From: a cyanobacterium endosymbiont of Braarudosphaera bigelowii
GTDB lineage: Bacteria; Cyanobacteriota; Cyanobacteriia; Cyanobacteriales; Microcystaceae
Direction of reading: 5' to 3'
Length of the DNA: 32,000 nt
NCBI RefSeq assembly: GCF_020885515.1
Contig: NZ_AP024987.1
Span: 960,001-992,000 of the forward strand
Shown here one piece after another: positions 10,050-20,030 of the stretch. The position numbers and the translations under genes are program-made. The notes beneath the pieces are model-generated. The model worked only from the letters and a program-made list of their open reading frames with translations, was not told the origin of the DNA and did not search any database. Each line of letters begins with the position of its first letter. Within the stretch, counting starts at the first letter, position 1.

Positions 10050-11006
10050 ATGCATTCTAATCCAAACCAGACTGAGATGTCAGTTATCATTCCTTGTTAT
10101 AATGAAGAGCAGGGTTTAGAGCACCTTTTCACAAGAGTTTTAGAAGTTTTAGATCGTCTTAATTTATCCTACGAAGTTATTTGTGTAGATGACGGTAGTC
10201 AGGATCAAACTTTAAAATATTTGATTAATTATCATTATCTTAATCCTCAAATTAAAGTTATTAGTTTATCTCGTAATTTTGGCAAAGATATTGCTTTAAC
10301 TGCAGGATTAGAAAATGCTCGAGGACAGGTTATTATTCCTATTGATGCAGATTTGCAAGACCCTCCTGAACTTATTGAAAAATTACTTCAAAAGTGGTAT
10401 GAAGGTTATGACGTCGTTTATGGTAAACGACGATCTAGACAAGGTGAAAGTTTTATAAAAAGATTTACAGCTAACGCATTTTATAGAGTTATTAGTAAGA
10501 TTGGTAGCGTTTCTATTCCCCAAGATACAGGAGACTTTCGCTTATTAGACAGAAAAGTAGTAGATGCTTTAAAAGCTATGCCAGAACGTACTCGCTTCAT
10601 GAAAGGACTTTTTGCTTGGGTAGGTTTCAAGCAAACTTATATCGTATATGATCGTCCTAGTCGGTTCCAAGGAACTAGTAAATGGAATTATTGGCAGTTA
10701 TGGAATTTTGCCCTGGACGGCATTACTTCCTTTAGTTTAATTCCCTTAAAAGTTTGGAGTTATCTAGGAGTTTTTGTCTCATTCTTATCTTTCATATATG
10801 GTAGCTTTTTAATTATTAGAACATTAGCTTTAGGGATTGATGTACCAGGGTATGCTTCTTTAATGGTCACAACTCTTTTTATAGGAGGTCTACAGTTAAT
10901 TACATTAGGTATTTTAGGAGAATATTTAGGTCGTATTTATGAAGAAACAAAACAGCGTCCCCTATATTTAATTAAAGAGCGTCATGGATTTCGTATAGAT
11001 TCTTAA
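10050..11006 (+). CDS. Family 2 glycosyltransferase (polyprenyl-phosphate sugar transferase, DPM1/ArnC-like)
   Basis: SVIIPCYNEE, VDDGSQD and the DADLQDPPE motifs, followed by two C-terminal TM helices. Confidence 0.85.
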   Translation: MHSNPNQTEMSVIIPCYNEEQGLEHLFTRVLEVLDRLNLSYEVICVDDGSQDQTLKYLINYHYLNPQIKVISLSRNFGKDIALTAGLENARGQVIIPIDADLQDPPELIEKLLQKWYEGYDVVYGKRRSRQGESFIKRFTANAFYRVISKIGSVSIPQDTGDFRLLDRKVVDALKAMPERTRFMKGLFAWVGFKQTYIVYDRPSRFQGTSKWNYWQLWNFALDGITSFSLIPLKVWSYLGVFVSFLSFIYGSFLIIRTLALGIDVPGYASLMVTTLFIGGLQLITLGILGEYLGRIYEETKQRPLYLIKERHGFRIDS

Positions 11007-11010
11007 AATC

Positions 11011-11748
11011 TTACCAATTTTTTTCAGACCAAACAGGATGTAAAAAAATAGAATTTGCAACTCTTACACCTCTTAATTGGTTAAGAAGAGGAAGGTGACC
11101 AATCGGTGCATTTAAATTCCAAGTAAATTCTTTTGGATACTGTGTCCAATGATTATCTTTTTTCCAGCCAATTTTTCGCCATAATGTATTAAAGTCTTTT
11201 CCAACAGACAACCAAAGTTTTCTCTGTACAGAGAAACCAAATTTTCCACCAGAATACAACCACCATAAAGTATTTATTGTATGAAGATCAATAACAGGAA
11301 AATTTGCAACCTCTGTAAAATAAACCCATTTACGTTCTAAAGCTCCTTCACCAGCTAATTCCCATAAAATATGACGAGTCAAAGTATCTGCTTCTTGAAA
11401 ATTTTCCTCAAGTAATGATTTACTAAGTAATTTATAATCAATATTAGCCTGAGAATCAAGAGATACTAATCCATTAGGGAAATAGTTTTTAATAAATAAC
11501 TCCGTTTCAGGCGTTTTAGCTTTATACAGTTCTCGATAGATTTCTCCTTGTATAAGATCAAGACTGTTTACATCTGATAACTTTAAAAAGTCTATTAAAA
11601 TTTCCCATCCAGAATTTCCCATACTAGTTAACTGGGGGATTAATTTAAACTGCTCTTTCGAGGTTCCATTTATAAACTGATGTGCTAATTTTGAACTTGA
11701 AAAGTTATTATCTAAATTGTTAATTGTAGAGATATTTTCGTTGGTCAT
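11011..11748 (-). CDS. gun4: GUN4 domain protein (Mg-chelatase activator)
   Basis: C-terminal GUN4 domain: DLHTINTLWWLYSGGKFGFSVQRKLW...FTWNLNAPIGHLPL. The helical N-terminal domain and the 245-aa size are typical of cyanobacterial Gun4. Confidence 0.8.
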   Translation of the reverse strand: MTNENISTINNLDNNFSSSKLAHQFINGTSKEQFKLIPQLTSMGNSGWEILIDFLKLSDVNSLDLIQGEIYRELYKAKTPETELFIKNYFPNGLVSLDSQANIDYKLLSKSLLEENFQEADTLTRHILWELAGEGALERKWVYFTEVANFPVIDLHTINTLWWLYSGGKFGFSVQRKLWLSVGKDFNTLWRKIGWKKDNHWTQYPKEFTWNLNAPIGHLPLLNQLRGVRVANSIFLHPVWSEKNW

Positions 11749-11976
11749 AAAATTATCGATTAGAATTAATTATAATTTTTAAAAGATCTAATAAACGCTT
11801 TAAAATAAAGTTTTAATTACTAGATTAATAGTTATTTTATGCGCTAATTGCATGATGGTATTATAACTTAGAAGATCTTATCAATATGATCTTCTAAAGA
11901 GAACAAAACTTTAATTTGATAAGTTTATTTCATTCACTTAAAAGAATAAGCGACTATAGGTTCCTATAATGTATTG

Positions 11977-12006
11977 TTAGAAGTTTTATTAAATAAAAAC
12001 TTCTAA
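11977..12006 (-). terminator. Perfect 11-bp stem / 8-nt loop hairpin 28 nt downstream of the ylqF stop
   Basis: TTAGAAGTTTT (11977-11987) pairs with AAAACTTCTAA (11996-12006). No U-tract follows on the minus strand. Confidence 0.35.
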
Positions 12007-12033
12007 ATTTAAAGATAAAAAAATTAATAATAA

Positions 12034-12870
12034 TTAACTGTTAGGTAGTTCTAAAGGAACACAGCCCATCATACCTTTTCGAAAGTCATTCAACAGTTGT
12101 ATAGTGGCTCTTTCCTTGTCACCCCTATACAAATTATTTCCTAATTTTTCAATATACTCTTCTCCAGTAATATTTAAAGGGTCAATCTTATAGCGAAGCT
12201 TTAAAATGTTTTCAAAATTTAATTCTAATAAAAAGTCGATTAGTGCAGCTGCAACTTGTTGATTATCATAAGCAGCTTCTCCAATATCTTCACAAATTGC
12301 AAGCTTAACAGCATCTTTTTGATTTTCTAATTTCACTGGAATAACTCCTGGAGCATCTAAAAGTTCAATAGTTTTAGAAATGCGTATCCATCGAAGCTGA
12401 CGAGTGACACCTGCACGTCTAGCACTGATGACTACTTTACGTCCCAACAGGCGATTAATTAACGCTGATTTACCTACATTCGGAAAACCAATTACTACTG
12501 CTCTAATTGGTCTAGGTTTCATGCCACGATGAGCCCTCTTGATGTTGACTAAATTCCCGGCTTCTTGAGCTAATTGATTTAAAAATTTGATTCCTTTCCC
12601 TTGCTTAGCATTGGTAAAATGAGCTGTCTCTCCTTTTTCTTTAAACCAACTTAGCCACTTTTTATATAACGTTTCTGGTATCATATCCATTCGGTTAAGT
12701 ACAATAATTTTAGGTTTACCTTCAATCCACCGATCAATATTAGGATGATGTGAAGCAATTGGAATTCTTGCATCTAGGACTTCAAAGATAACGTCAATAT
12801 TTTTTATTTGTTCTTTAAGTTGTCGCTCTGCTTTAGATATATGACCTGGATACCATTGAATTATTGACAT
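12034..12870 (-). CDS. rbgA: Ribosome biogenesis GTPase A (YlqF/RbgA), circularly permuted GTPase
   Basis: MSIIQWYPGHISKA N-terminus. Motif order is permuted: NRMD (G4) comes before GFPNVGKSALIN (G1) and DAPG (G3). Confidence 0.9.
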   Translation of the reverse strand: MSIIQWYPGHISKAERQLKEQIKNIDVIFEVLDARIPIASHHPNIDRWIEGKPKIIVLNRMDMIPETLYKKWLSWFKEKGETAHFTNAKQGKGIKFLNQLAQEAGNLVNIKRAHRGMKPRPIRAVVIGFPNVGKSALINRLLGRKVVISARRAGVTRQLRWIRISKTIELLDAPGVIPVKLENQKDAVKLAICEDIGEAAYDNQQVAAALIDFLLELNFENILKLRYKIDPLNITGEEYIEKLGNNLYRGDKERATIQLLNDFRKGMMGCVPLELPNS

Positions 12871-12921
12871 GATTAAATAGTTGTTAAAATAATTGCCTAA
12901 GGATTATTAGAATAGACTGTA

Positions 12922-14874
12922 ATGAAATTACCGAATCAAAGATGGGATATTGCTTCACCTAACCCTAAAAAAATTGAATTACTAGCTAAGGAGATGCAAG
13001 TCTCTAACTTAATTATTAAGATAATTTTAAATCGGGGAGTAGATACATCAGATCTAGCTCGTATTTATTTAAATCCTAATGAAGAGATTTTACCTCCTCC
13101 TTTAGCAGAATTTCCAGATCTGTATAAAAGTATTAACCTTTTAATAATAGCGATTGAGAAAAAGCATAAAATTGCAATTTGTGGAGATTATGACGCTGAT
13201 GGTATGACTAGTACTTCTTTATTATTAAGGGCCTTGAAATATTTTGGGGGAGATGTTTATTATAAAATTCCTAACAGAATTAAAGATGGTTATGGTATTA
13301 ATAAACAAATTGTAGAAGATTTTTCCAAAAATGGTGTCAAATTAATATTAACGGTGGATAATGGCATCACAGCCTATGAGCCGATCAAAAGGGCTGCAGA
13401 ATTAGGATTAAATGTTATTATCACAGATCATCATGATATACCTAAAAGGTTACCACCTGCAGATGCAATTCTAAATCCTAAATTATTACCTAATGAATCA
13501 CCTTATAGTGGATTGGCTGGGGTAGGAGTTGCGTATGTTTTAGCTTTAACGCTTTCTCAAACTTTAAATAAGACAGAAGGTATCATAGCTTCTTTATTAG
13601 AACTTTTTACATTAGGTACCATTGCAGATTTAGCTCCTTTAACTGGGGTTAATCGTCGATGGCTTAAGCAAGGATTGAAACAATTACCTAATTCTCAACT
13701 ACCAGGTATTCAGGCTCTGATAAAAGTTTCAGGGATTAGTGATGAACAAAAGCAATTAAAATCGGATGATATTGGATTTAAATTAGGACCCAGAATTAAC
13801 GCAGTAGGGCGCATTGGTGAACCAAAAACTGCTATTGAATTGTTGACAACTGACAATCTAGAAGTTGCACTAGAAAAGGCACTGGAATGTGAAGAAATTA
13901 ATAAGATAAGAAAATCTTTATGTGAAAGAATTGAAAAAGAGGCTATAGATTTGATAGAAAATATTCCTCTAGATTATCAAGAGAAAAGAGTCTTAATAGT
14001 AATTCAACACAAATGGCACCATGGAGTAATTGGAATTGTAGCTTCTCGATTAGTTGAACGTTATGGAGTACCAGTTTTTATCGGAACTTATGAAGAAGAC
14101 GATATAAACAAAATTCGTGGATCAGCTAGAGGAATTCCGGAATTCGATGTTTTTCATGCTTTACAATATTGCGATGATTTATTAGATAAATTTGGAGGAC
14201 ATAAAGCTGCAGGTGGATTTAATTTAAAACAAAAAAACTTGAGCTTTTTTGAAAAAAAATTGAGTGAGTTTGCTCATCAATATCTTCAGTTACATCATAT
14301 TAAGCCTTTAATTAAAATTGATAGTGCGATTAACTTTAAAGATATAGATAATAACTTATATGAAACGCTCGATTCTCTTCAACCTTGGGGTATTGGAAAT
14401 GCTATTCCTATATTTTGGACACCCAATATAATAATATTGAAACAAAAAGTTATAGGAGATAATCATCTCAAAATATTGTTAGCTCAAAATGATGGTCAAC
14501 AAATTGAGGCTGTAGCTTGGCGTTTTGGATCGTATTATCCTTTACCAAAACAATTAGACATAGCCTACAAATTATCTAAAAATTTTTGGAATGGTAAAAA
14601 CAATATTCAGTTAGAAATTGTAGGAATACGTATTCCTTCATCTATGAATAAGGAATTTCAAAGTACATTTGAGTTCAATGGTAAGCAATATATTTGTTCT
14701 ATAAAAGGCAACAAATTAAAGATTAAAAATTTGCAAGGAAAAACTTTATCCATTGATAAAGGCAAAAGAGAGGGATTGCTAGAAAATGGTTATGAAAAAA
14801 TTAAAACAATTGATGTCACACATCAGCCATACTACACCATAGTTAAAATGGCTCTACACTCTTTAAATCTATAA
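12922..14874 (+). CDS. recJ: Single-stranded-DNA-specific exonuclease RecJ
   Basis: DHH family motifs: GDYDADGMTS, VDNGI, ITDHHD, and GGHKAAGG in DHHA1. Confidence 0.9.
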   Translation: MKLPNQRWDIASPNPKKIELLAKEMQVSNLIIKIILNRGVDTSDLARIYLNPNEEILPPPLAEFPDLYKSINLLIIAIEKKHKIAICGDYDADGMTSTSLLLRALKYFGGDVYYKIPNRIKDGYGINKQIVEDFSKNGVKLILTVDNGITAYEPIKRAAELGLNVIITDHHDIPKRLPPADAILNPKLLPNESPYSGLAGVGVAYVLALTLSQTLNKTEGIIASLLELFTLGTIADLAPLTGVNRRWLKQGLKQLPNSQLPGIQALIKVSGISDEQKQLKSDDIGFKLGPRINAVGRIGEPKTAIELLTTDNLEVALEKALECEEINKIRKSLCERIEKEAIDLIENIPLDYQEKRVLIVIQHKWHHGVIGIVASRLVERYGVPVFIGTYEEDDINKIRGSARGIPEFDVFHALQYCDDLLDKFGGHKAAGGFNLKQKNLSFFEKKLSEFAHQYLQLHHIKPLIKIDSAINFKDIDNNLYETLDSLQPWGIGNAIPIFWTPNIIILKQKVIGDNHLKILLAQNDGQQIEAVAWRFGSYYPLPKQLDIAYKLSKNFWNGKNNIQLEIVGIRIPSSMNKEFQSTFEFNGKQYICSIKGNKLKIKNLQGKTLSIDKGKREGLLENGYEKIKTIDVTHQPYYTIVKMALHSLNL

Positions 14875-14959
14875 TTCAACTATTTCTAGTATGAGATTTA
14901 TAATGAATATTCTTACAAAATATATTAGTATTCTTATTTACTCAAGTTTACTAAAGTGA

Positions 14960-14990
14960 GAGAGTGAAGGAGTTATCACTCCACCATCTC
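14960..14990. terminator. Imperfect hairpin between convergent recJ and ctaB
   Basis: Core stem GGAGT / ACTCC with loop TATC (14969-14982), extended by GT/AC and AGAG/CTCT pairs with mismatches and one bulge. Relatively GC-rich for this DNA. Confidence 0.3.
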
Positions 14991-14998
14991 ATTTAGCC

Positions 14999-15967
14999 TT
15001 AAAACCATATGTAATTTGCAAAAGTACTAAGATTACTTCCTAACATTGTTATTATTTTATGGGTTATGGGAAGACTATCAAACACCATAGCTGTACATAG
15101 CAACATTAAATATAAAATAGAAAATTTAAATAATGATCGTGCCAAACTTTTATCTAAAGGATTTTGTTTTAACAGCCAGGTTTTTTGAGCAAATATAGCC
15201 CCTAGAATAACTGCAGATATACCATATAACAAGCCTAAAGTTTTAGTTGGATATACTAATAAAAAAGTACATGGTATTACTAATAAAGTATATAACCAAA
15301 TTTGATGTACTGTTGATTCTTCTCCCTCTACTACCGGCATCATAGGAACATCGACTTGAGCATAATCATCTTTAAGCATAAGTGCTAGCGCCCAAAAATG
15401 AGGAGGCGTCCACAAAAAAATTATAGTAAATAATATCCAAGGTGCCCAACTCAAATCTCCTGTAACTGCTGCCCAACCTACAAGAGGAGGGATAGAACCT
15501 GCTGCACCACCGATAACAATATTTTGTGAACTATTACGTTTAAGAAAATGAGTATAAACTAGCATGTAAAATACTATGCCAGACATAGCTAATAATCCAC
15601 TAAGAAGATTAATATAGGCAACGAAAAGACTAAAAGATAAAAATCCTAATATAAAAGCAAAAACTAAAGCATGGCGAGATCTAACACGACCTGATGGAAT
15701 AGGACGAGTTCTAGTTCTCAGCATTTCATAATCGATATCTCGATCATAGATGCAATTCATTACTTGAGCTGAGGCAGCTGCAAGGGTTCCTCCAAATAAA
15801 GTTATAAATAATTTAAAAGAATTAACTTCACCATTAGAAGCAATCCACATTGATGCAGCAGTGGTAATAAGTAACAAAGGAATAATCCTAGGTTTAGTTA
15901 ACTGATAATAACTTTTGATAACTTGTAAAAAGTTTTCGTTACGGTAAACAACGTCAGTCCCAATCAT
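14999..15967 (-). CDS. ctaB: Protoheme IX farnesyltransferase (heme O synthase)
   Basis: UbiA-family polytopic protein with YQLTKPRI, NCIYDRDIDYEMLRTRTRP and WTPPHFWALAL. Confidence 0.9.
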   Translation of the reverse strand: MIGTDVVYRNENFLQVIKSYYQLTKPRIIPLLLITTAASMWIASNGEVNSFKLFITLFGGTLAAASAQVMNCIYDRDIDYEMLRTRTRPIPSGRVRSRHALVFAFILGFLSFSLFVAYINLLSGLLAMSGIVFYMLVYTHFLKRNSSQNIVIGGAAGSIPPLVGWAAVTGDLSWAPWILFTIIFLWTPPHFWALALMLKDDYAQVDVPMMPVVEGEESTVHQIWLYTLLVIPCTFLLVYPTKTLGLLYGISAVILGAIFAQKTWLLKQNPLDKSLARSLFKFSILYLMLLCTAMVFDSLPITHKIITMLGSNLSTFANYIWF

Positions 15968-16019
15968 GAATTCACACCATATTCTATTAATTTATAATTT
16001 ATGAGTTATCGAGAGAAAA

Positions 16020-16934
16020 TTAGGTTTCTCTCGGAACACTACGCATTGCTAAAGTTGTTAGAGCTACTAAAGTCCCAAATAACATAACGCCGACAGTATG
16101 GTGAGCTATGGTTAAAGGTTCCACCTGTAAATGTAAATAGAATGTCGCAGTTCCTAGGAGAATTTGACACATCACTATTCCTCCAGCAAGCCAAACAAGT
16201 TTTTTTAAAGAAGGGTGAAGATTTGAAGTTCGCCAAGCCATAAGAACTAAGCTAATTACTCCGAGGGTTGTCGGTATAACACCAATAATGTGACTATTCA
16301 TAACAGTGCATAACTGAGATTCTTCAAAGCATTGATGTAAAGCCCAACGAGAACCTACTAATCCTCCCAATAGGCATTGAACATATACTAAACAAGTTAC
16401 TAATAAACCAACCCAACGTAGATTACTATTATCCTGAGCTTCTAAAGGAGGACTTAATGATAACGCTATGATTACTAATACTCCAAAAAAAAGTAAAGCA
16501 GTACCTAGATGTGCAGTAACAATATCGAATCGTAACATTCTAGTAACAGTAAGTCCTCCTAGAACTCCTTGAAATAAGATCAGAGCAAGTGCTAGTAATG
16601 CAGACCACGGTAGCCATCTAGGTAGCTGCTCGCGAAACCAACAAGATATCATCAACAAGATTATAGTGCTTATTCCAATCAAAGAAGCATCAAGACGGTG
16701 AAACCATTCCAAAAAAACTTGTAAGTTCATTTGTCTAGTAGGAATTAGCTGACCATAACACAGCGGCCAATCTGGACAAGCTAAACCTGCATTCATAACT
16801 CTTGTTGCACTTCCTACTGCCATTAATAGAAGAGTGGCAATGGCAATTTTCCATATAAAAAACTTCGTCCATTTTCGGACTTTTAGGCTATTATCTTGAG
16901 TGTCTATTTCTTCTATTAGAACAGTTCTTGTCAT
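16020..16934 (-). CDS. ctaA: Heme A synthase (COX15/CtaA)
   Basis: Eight-TM protein with conserved His-containing segments (EWFHRLDAS, TAHLGTALLFF, IAHHTVG) and a Cys pair (CPDWPLC). Lies immediately upstream of ctaB on the same strand. Confidence 0.85.
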   Translation of the reverse strand: MTRTVLIEEIDTQDNSLKVRKWTKFFIWKIAIATLLLMAVGSATRVMNAGLACPDWPLCYGQLIPTRQMNLQVFLEWFHRLDASLIGISTIILLMISCWFREQLPRWLPWSALLALALILFQGVLGGLTVTRMLRFDIVTAHLGTALLFFGVLVIIALSLSPPLEAQDNSNLRWVGLLVTCLVYVQCLLGGLVGSRWALHQCFEESQLCTVMNSHIIGVIPTTLGVISLVLMAWRTSNLHPSLKKLVWLAGGIVMCQILLGTATFYLHLQVEPLTIAHHTVGVMLFGTLVALTTLAMRSVPRET

Positions 16935-17429
16935 AACATTTTATTTATCTAATCAAACAAATCTTGTGATTTATAAAGTATAAACTCCACCACACAAAAT
17001 TTTTGTTATACAGCCAAACTAGTTCAAATCTTACTGAAGAGTTTATGATTTATGCATTTATTTTCAAAAAACTTTGCTAATCCTTTAGATTCAGTTAATG
17101 ATTACTTTACATTACTTAATAATAAAAACAAAGTTATTAACGGTTTAGTTATTTTTAAACTTTTAAAAAAATATTCAAAATAAGTTTAACTTCATTCAGA
17201 ATTAGCACTTGTAATAGATTTACGAATACTAATTTAAATAAAATACATTTTATTAAGTATTTTTAGAAGATGATATTATATGTTTAACTAGATTTTAAAA
17301 ATTAAACCAATAATAAGTAATGCTTACCAATAGTTAATCCTAAGTTTTATAACATTTTTGATAACTGAAATTTACATTTTTTCTTATTTATGTAGATTTT
17401 TCGATAAATAATTTATAAGAAAGGATAAT

Positions 17430-19187
17430 CTACATTCTTTCTAATACATCAATTCCCAATAAAGAAAGACCTAAATTAAGAGTCCTAGCTGTCAGATTAC
17501 ATAGTATTAATCGAGAAATTTTAACAGAATCTACTGATTTTAATACTGGACAATTTTCATAAAAACGGTTGAATCTTTTGCTTAATTCATATAAGTATTC
17601 ACAAAGACGGTTAGGAAGAAGCGTATTCTCAACTATTTCAATTACTTCATTTAGTTGTAATAAATACTTAGCTAAATCTATTTCTGTTTCGTCCTGCAAA
17701 ATAATTTTATTACTTTTTTCTAAGATAGCATAATCTATATCTTCTTCTCTTAAAATACTTTTAATCCTAGCATAGGCGTAAAGCATATAAGGGGCAGTAT
17801 TACCCTGCAATGAAAGCATCTTGTCATAACTAAATACATAATCACTATTTCGATTTTGGCTAAGATCAGCATATTTCACAGCACCAATACCTACTACATT
17901 AGCTACATTGTCGATAAATTCTTGAGACTCCTGTCGACTTTCTGTCTGTAACCGATGTTCTAAGTTTTCACGGGCATAATATACCGCTTTATCCAATAAG
18001 TCTCTAAGCTTAATAGTTTCGCCTGAACGAGTTTTTAATTTTTTTCCATCTTCTCCTTTAACGAGACCGAAAGGAACATGTAACACATTAGTCTCTTCTG
18101 ATAAAAAACTAGCTTTTTTAGCAACCTGAAAAACTTGTGCAAAATGATTAGATTGTCCTGCATCAGTTATATAAATAATACGTTTAGCTTTATCTATATC
18201 AATTCTATATTTCAAAGCAGCTAAGTCTGTAGTAGCATAATTGTAACCATCGTCAGATTTTTGAACAATTAAGGGAAGAGGATTACCATATTTATTCGTA
18301 AATCCTTCTAGGAAAACACATTTAGCTCCATCATTGACTTCTAAAATTTTTTGTCTATCTAAATTATTAATAGTTTCTTCTAAGAATGGATTATAAAAAG
18401 ATTCTCCTCTTTCAATCAGTCGAACTTTTAACATATCATAAATAAATTGAAACTCTTGGCGAGACTGTTCACATAATAATTTCCATGCCCTACGATGCTC
18501 TTTATCACCTAACTGTAATTTAACTACTGCTTCTCTAGATATTTTTTGAAATTGAGAATCTTCATCAAAACGTTTTTTTGCTTGTTTATAGAAATTGACT
18601 AAATCTTTAATTTGCAGGGCATTCGCTTCACATAAGGCATCAGGAAATACTTCTTTTAGATAAGAAATAAGCATTCCAAACTGCGTTCCCCAATCTCCCA
18701 CATGATTTAATCTCAAAACATCATGACCTATGAATTCTAGAGTACGGGCAAGAGAATCACCGATAATAGTAGATCTAAGATGACCAACATGCATCTCCTT
18801 AGCTATATTTGGACTAGAAAAATCAACAATTATTTTTAAGGAATTGTTAGTTTTCACAATTCCTAGTCTTTCATCTTCATATAATAATTTAAGTTGATTC
18901 TCCAAATAACCTTTATTAATTCTTAAATTAATAAAGCCAGGACCACCTATAGAAGGAATATCATATACTTGGCTTTTAGGTAAATTTTCAATAATTATTT
19001 GAGCGATCTCTTTTGGTTTTTTTTTTAATTTTTTAGATAATGAAAGAGCAATATTTACTTGGTAATCTGCATATCTAGAATCTTTAGCTACTGATACTTG
19101 AGGATCAGTAGTTTTCAATTCTTCACCAAATGATGTAACCAGTGCATAGCTAAAATCTTGAATTATTTTTTTATTAAGAGGAATCAT
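17430..19187 (-). CDS. argS: Arginine--tRNA ligase
   Basis: Class I motifs [15 protein letters not shown] (HIGH) and a KMS-like region. The C-terminal anticodon-binding DALR domain ends in ...GIDVLERM. Confidence 0.95.
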   Translation of the reverse strand: MIPLNKKIIQDFSYALVTSFGEELKTTDPQVSVAKDSRYADYQVNIALSLSKKLKKKPKEIAQIIIENLPKSQVYDIPSIGGPGFINLRINKGYLENQLKLLYEDERLGIVKTNNSLKIIVDFSSPNIAKEMHVGHLRSTIIGDSLARTLEFIGHDVLRLNHVGDWGTQFGMLISYLKEVFPDALCEANALQIKDLVNFYKQAKKRFDEDSQFQKISREAVVKLQLGDKEHRRAWKLLCEQSRQEFQFIYDMLKVRLIERGESFYNPFLEETINNLDRQKILEVNDGAKCVFLEGFTNKYGNPLPLIVQKSDDGYNYATTDLAALKYRIDIDKAKRIIYITDAGQSNHFAQVFQVAKKASFLSEETNVLHVPFGLVKGEDGKKLKTRSGETIKLRDLLDKAVYYARENLEHRLQTESRQESQEFIDNVANVVGIGAVKYADLSQNRNSDYVFSYDKMLSLQGNTAPYMLYAYARIKSILREEDIDYAILEKSNKIILQDETEIDLAKYLLQLNEVIEIVENTLLPNRLCEYLYELSKRFNRFYENCPVLKSVDSVKISRLILCNLTARTLNLGLSLLGIDVLERM

Positions 19188-19358
19188 TTAAATTATTAAT
19201 GTTCTAAAAAGGCTAGCATTTTTAGGTTATCATAACAAAGACTATAGATATTCTAGATCATGATAAAAGTTGAATAAATCCAATATTTTATTTATAAAAA
19301 ATAAATAGATTAGGTAAAAAAATAGATTATTACTTTGATTTTAAATAATAATCTGATT

Positions 19359-20030
19359 TTAATAGAATAGAAATTCTAAATCAATTTCAGAAGCAGCATT
19401 GAGTAATTCTTTAGTATCTTCTGTATCTTTTATATAAGGCAATATCCCTAAAACTGGAATATGTGTTAGAGATTGAACAAGATTAACTGGTACTAGATTA
19501 GAAATTTTTTCTTGAGCAAGAGGACATATACAATTTAATATTATTCCTTTCACATTCACTTTATTCTTCACTGCCAATGCAATATTAGCTACTACTTGGT
19601 TAAGCGCACCTGATTCTACTGACACTATTAAAATAGTGGGTAGATACCATATTCCAACAATATCAGATATTAATAGTTCTTTCGTAATAGGAGAACCTAA
19701 ACTATTTGCTCCTTCGACTAAGACGAAATCTAATTCTTTCTGTAAAGAACTTAATTTTTCCCATAATTCACCCAAAAGATTAGAGCATAAATCATTCAAA
19801 CTCATAAGAGTTTCAAAATCAGGTAGTTGACAATTAACAATTTTTGTATTACTTGATGAATTAGAAAGAAAACTCTCTAGTAGTTTGTTTTCATGTTTTT
19901 CTTTCTGTATTAGTTCTATAATACCTAAAGATTTTTCAGAAAAATAGGTCTGCCTATAAATAGCTAAAATTTTTGTTAGTAGAGTTTTTCCAGAATTTGG
20001 GACTGTTCCTGTAATAAATAAGGTTTGCAT
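19359..20030 (-). CDS. bioD: Dethiobiotin synthase-like ATPase (BioD family, divergent active-site motifs)
   Basis: N-terminal P-loop FITGTVPNSGKT, VLVEGANSLGSPIT (compare EGAGG) and a BioD-like size of 223 aa. Canonical GTDT is replaced by GTVP. Confidence 0.5.
   Translation of the reverse strand: MQTLFITGTVPNSGKTLLTKILAIYRQTYFSEKSLGIIELIQKEKHENKLLESFLSNSSSNTKIVNCQLPDFETLMSLNDLCSNLLGELWEKLSSLQKELDFVLVEGANSLGSPITKELLISDIVGIWYLPTILIVSVESGALNQVVANIALAVKNKVNVKGIILNCICPLAQEKISNLVPVNLVQSLTHIPVLGILPYIKDTEDTKELLNAASEIDLEFLFY

Noticed and set aside
16039-16236. 65-aa minus-strand ORF in a second frame of ctaA
   Set aside because: Same-strand overlap in an alternative frame of a conserved heme A synthase gene, with no support for dual coding.
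19636-19830. 64-aa plus-strand ORF
   Set aside because: Antisense inside the BioD-like gene, with no motifs.
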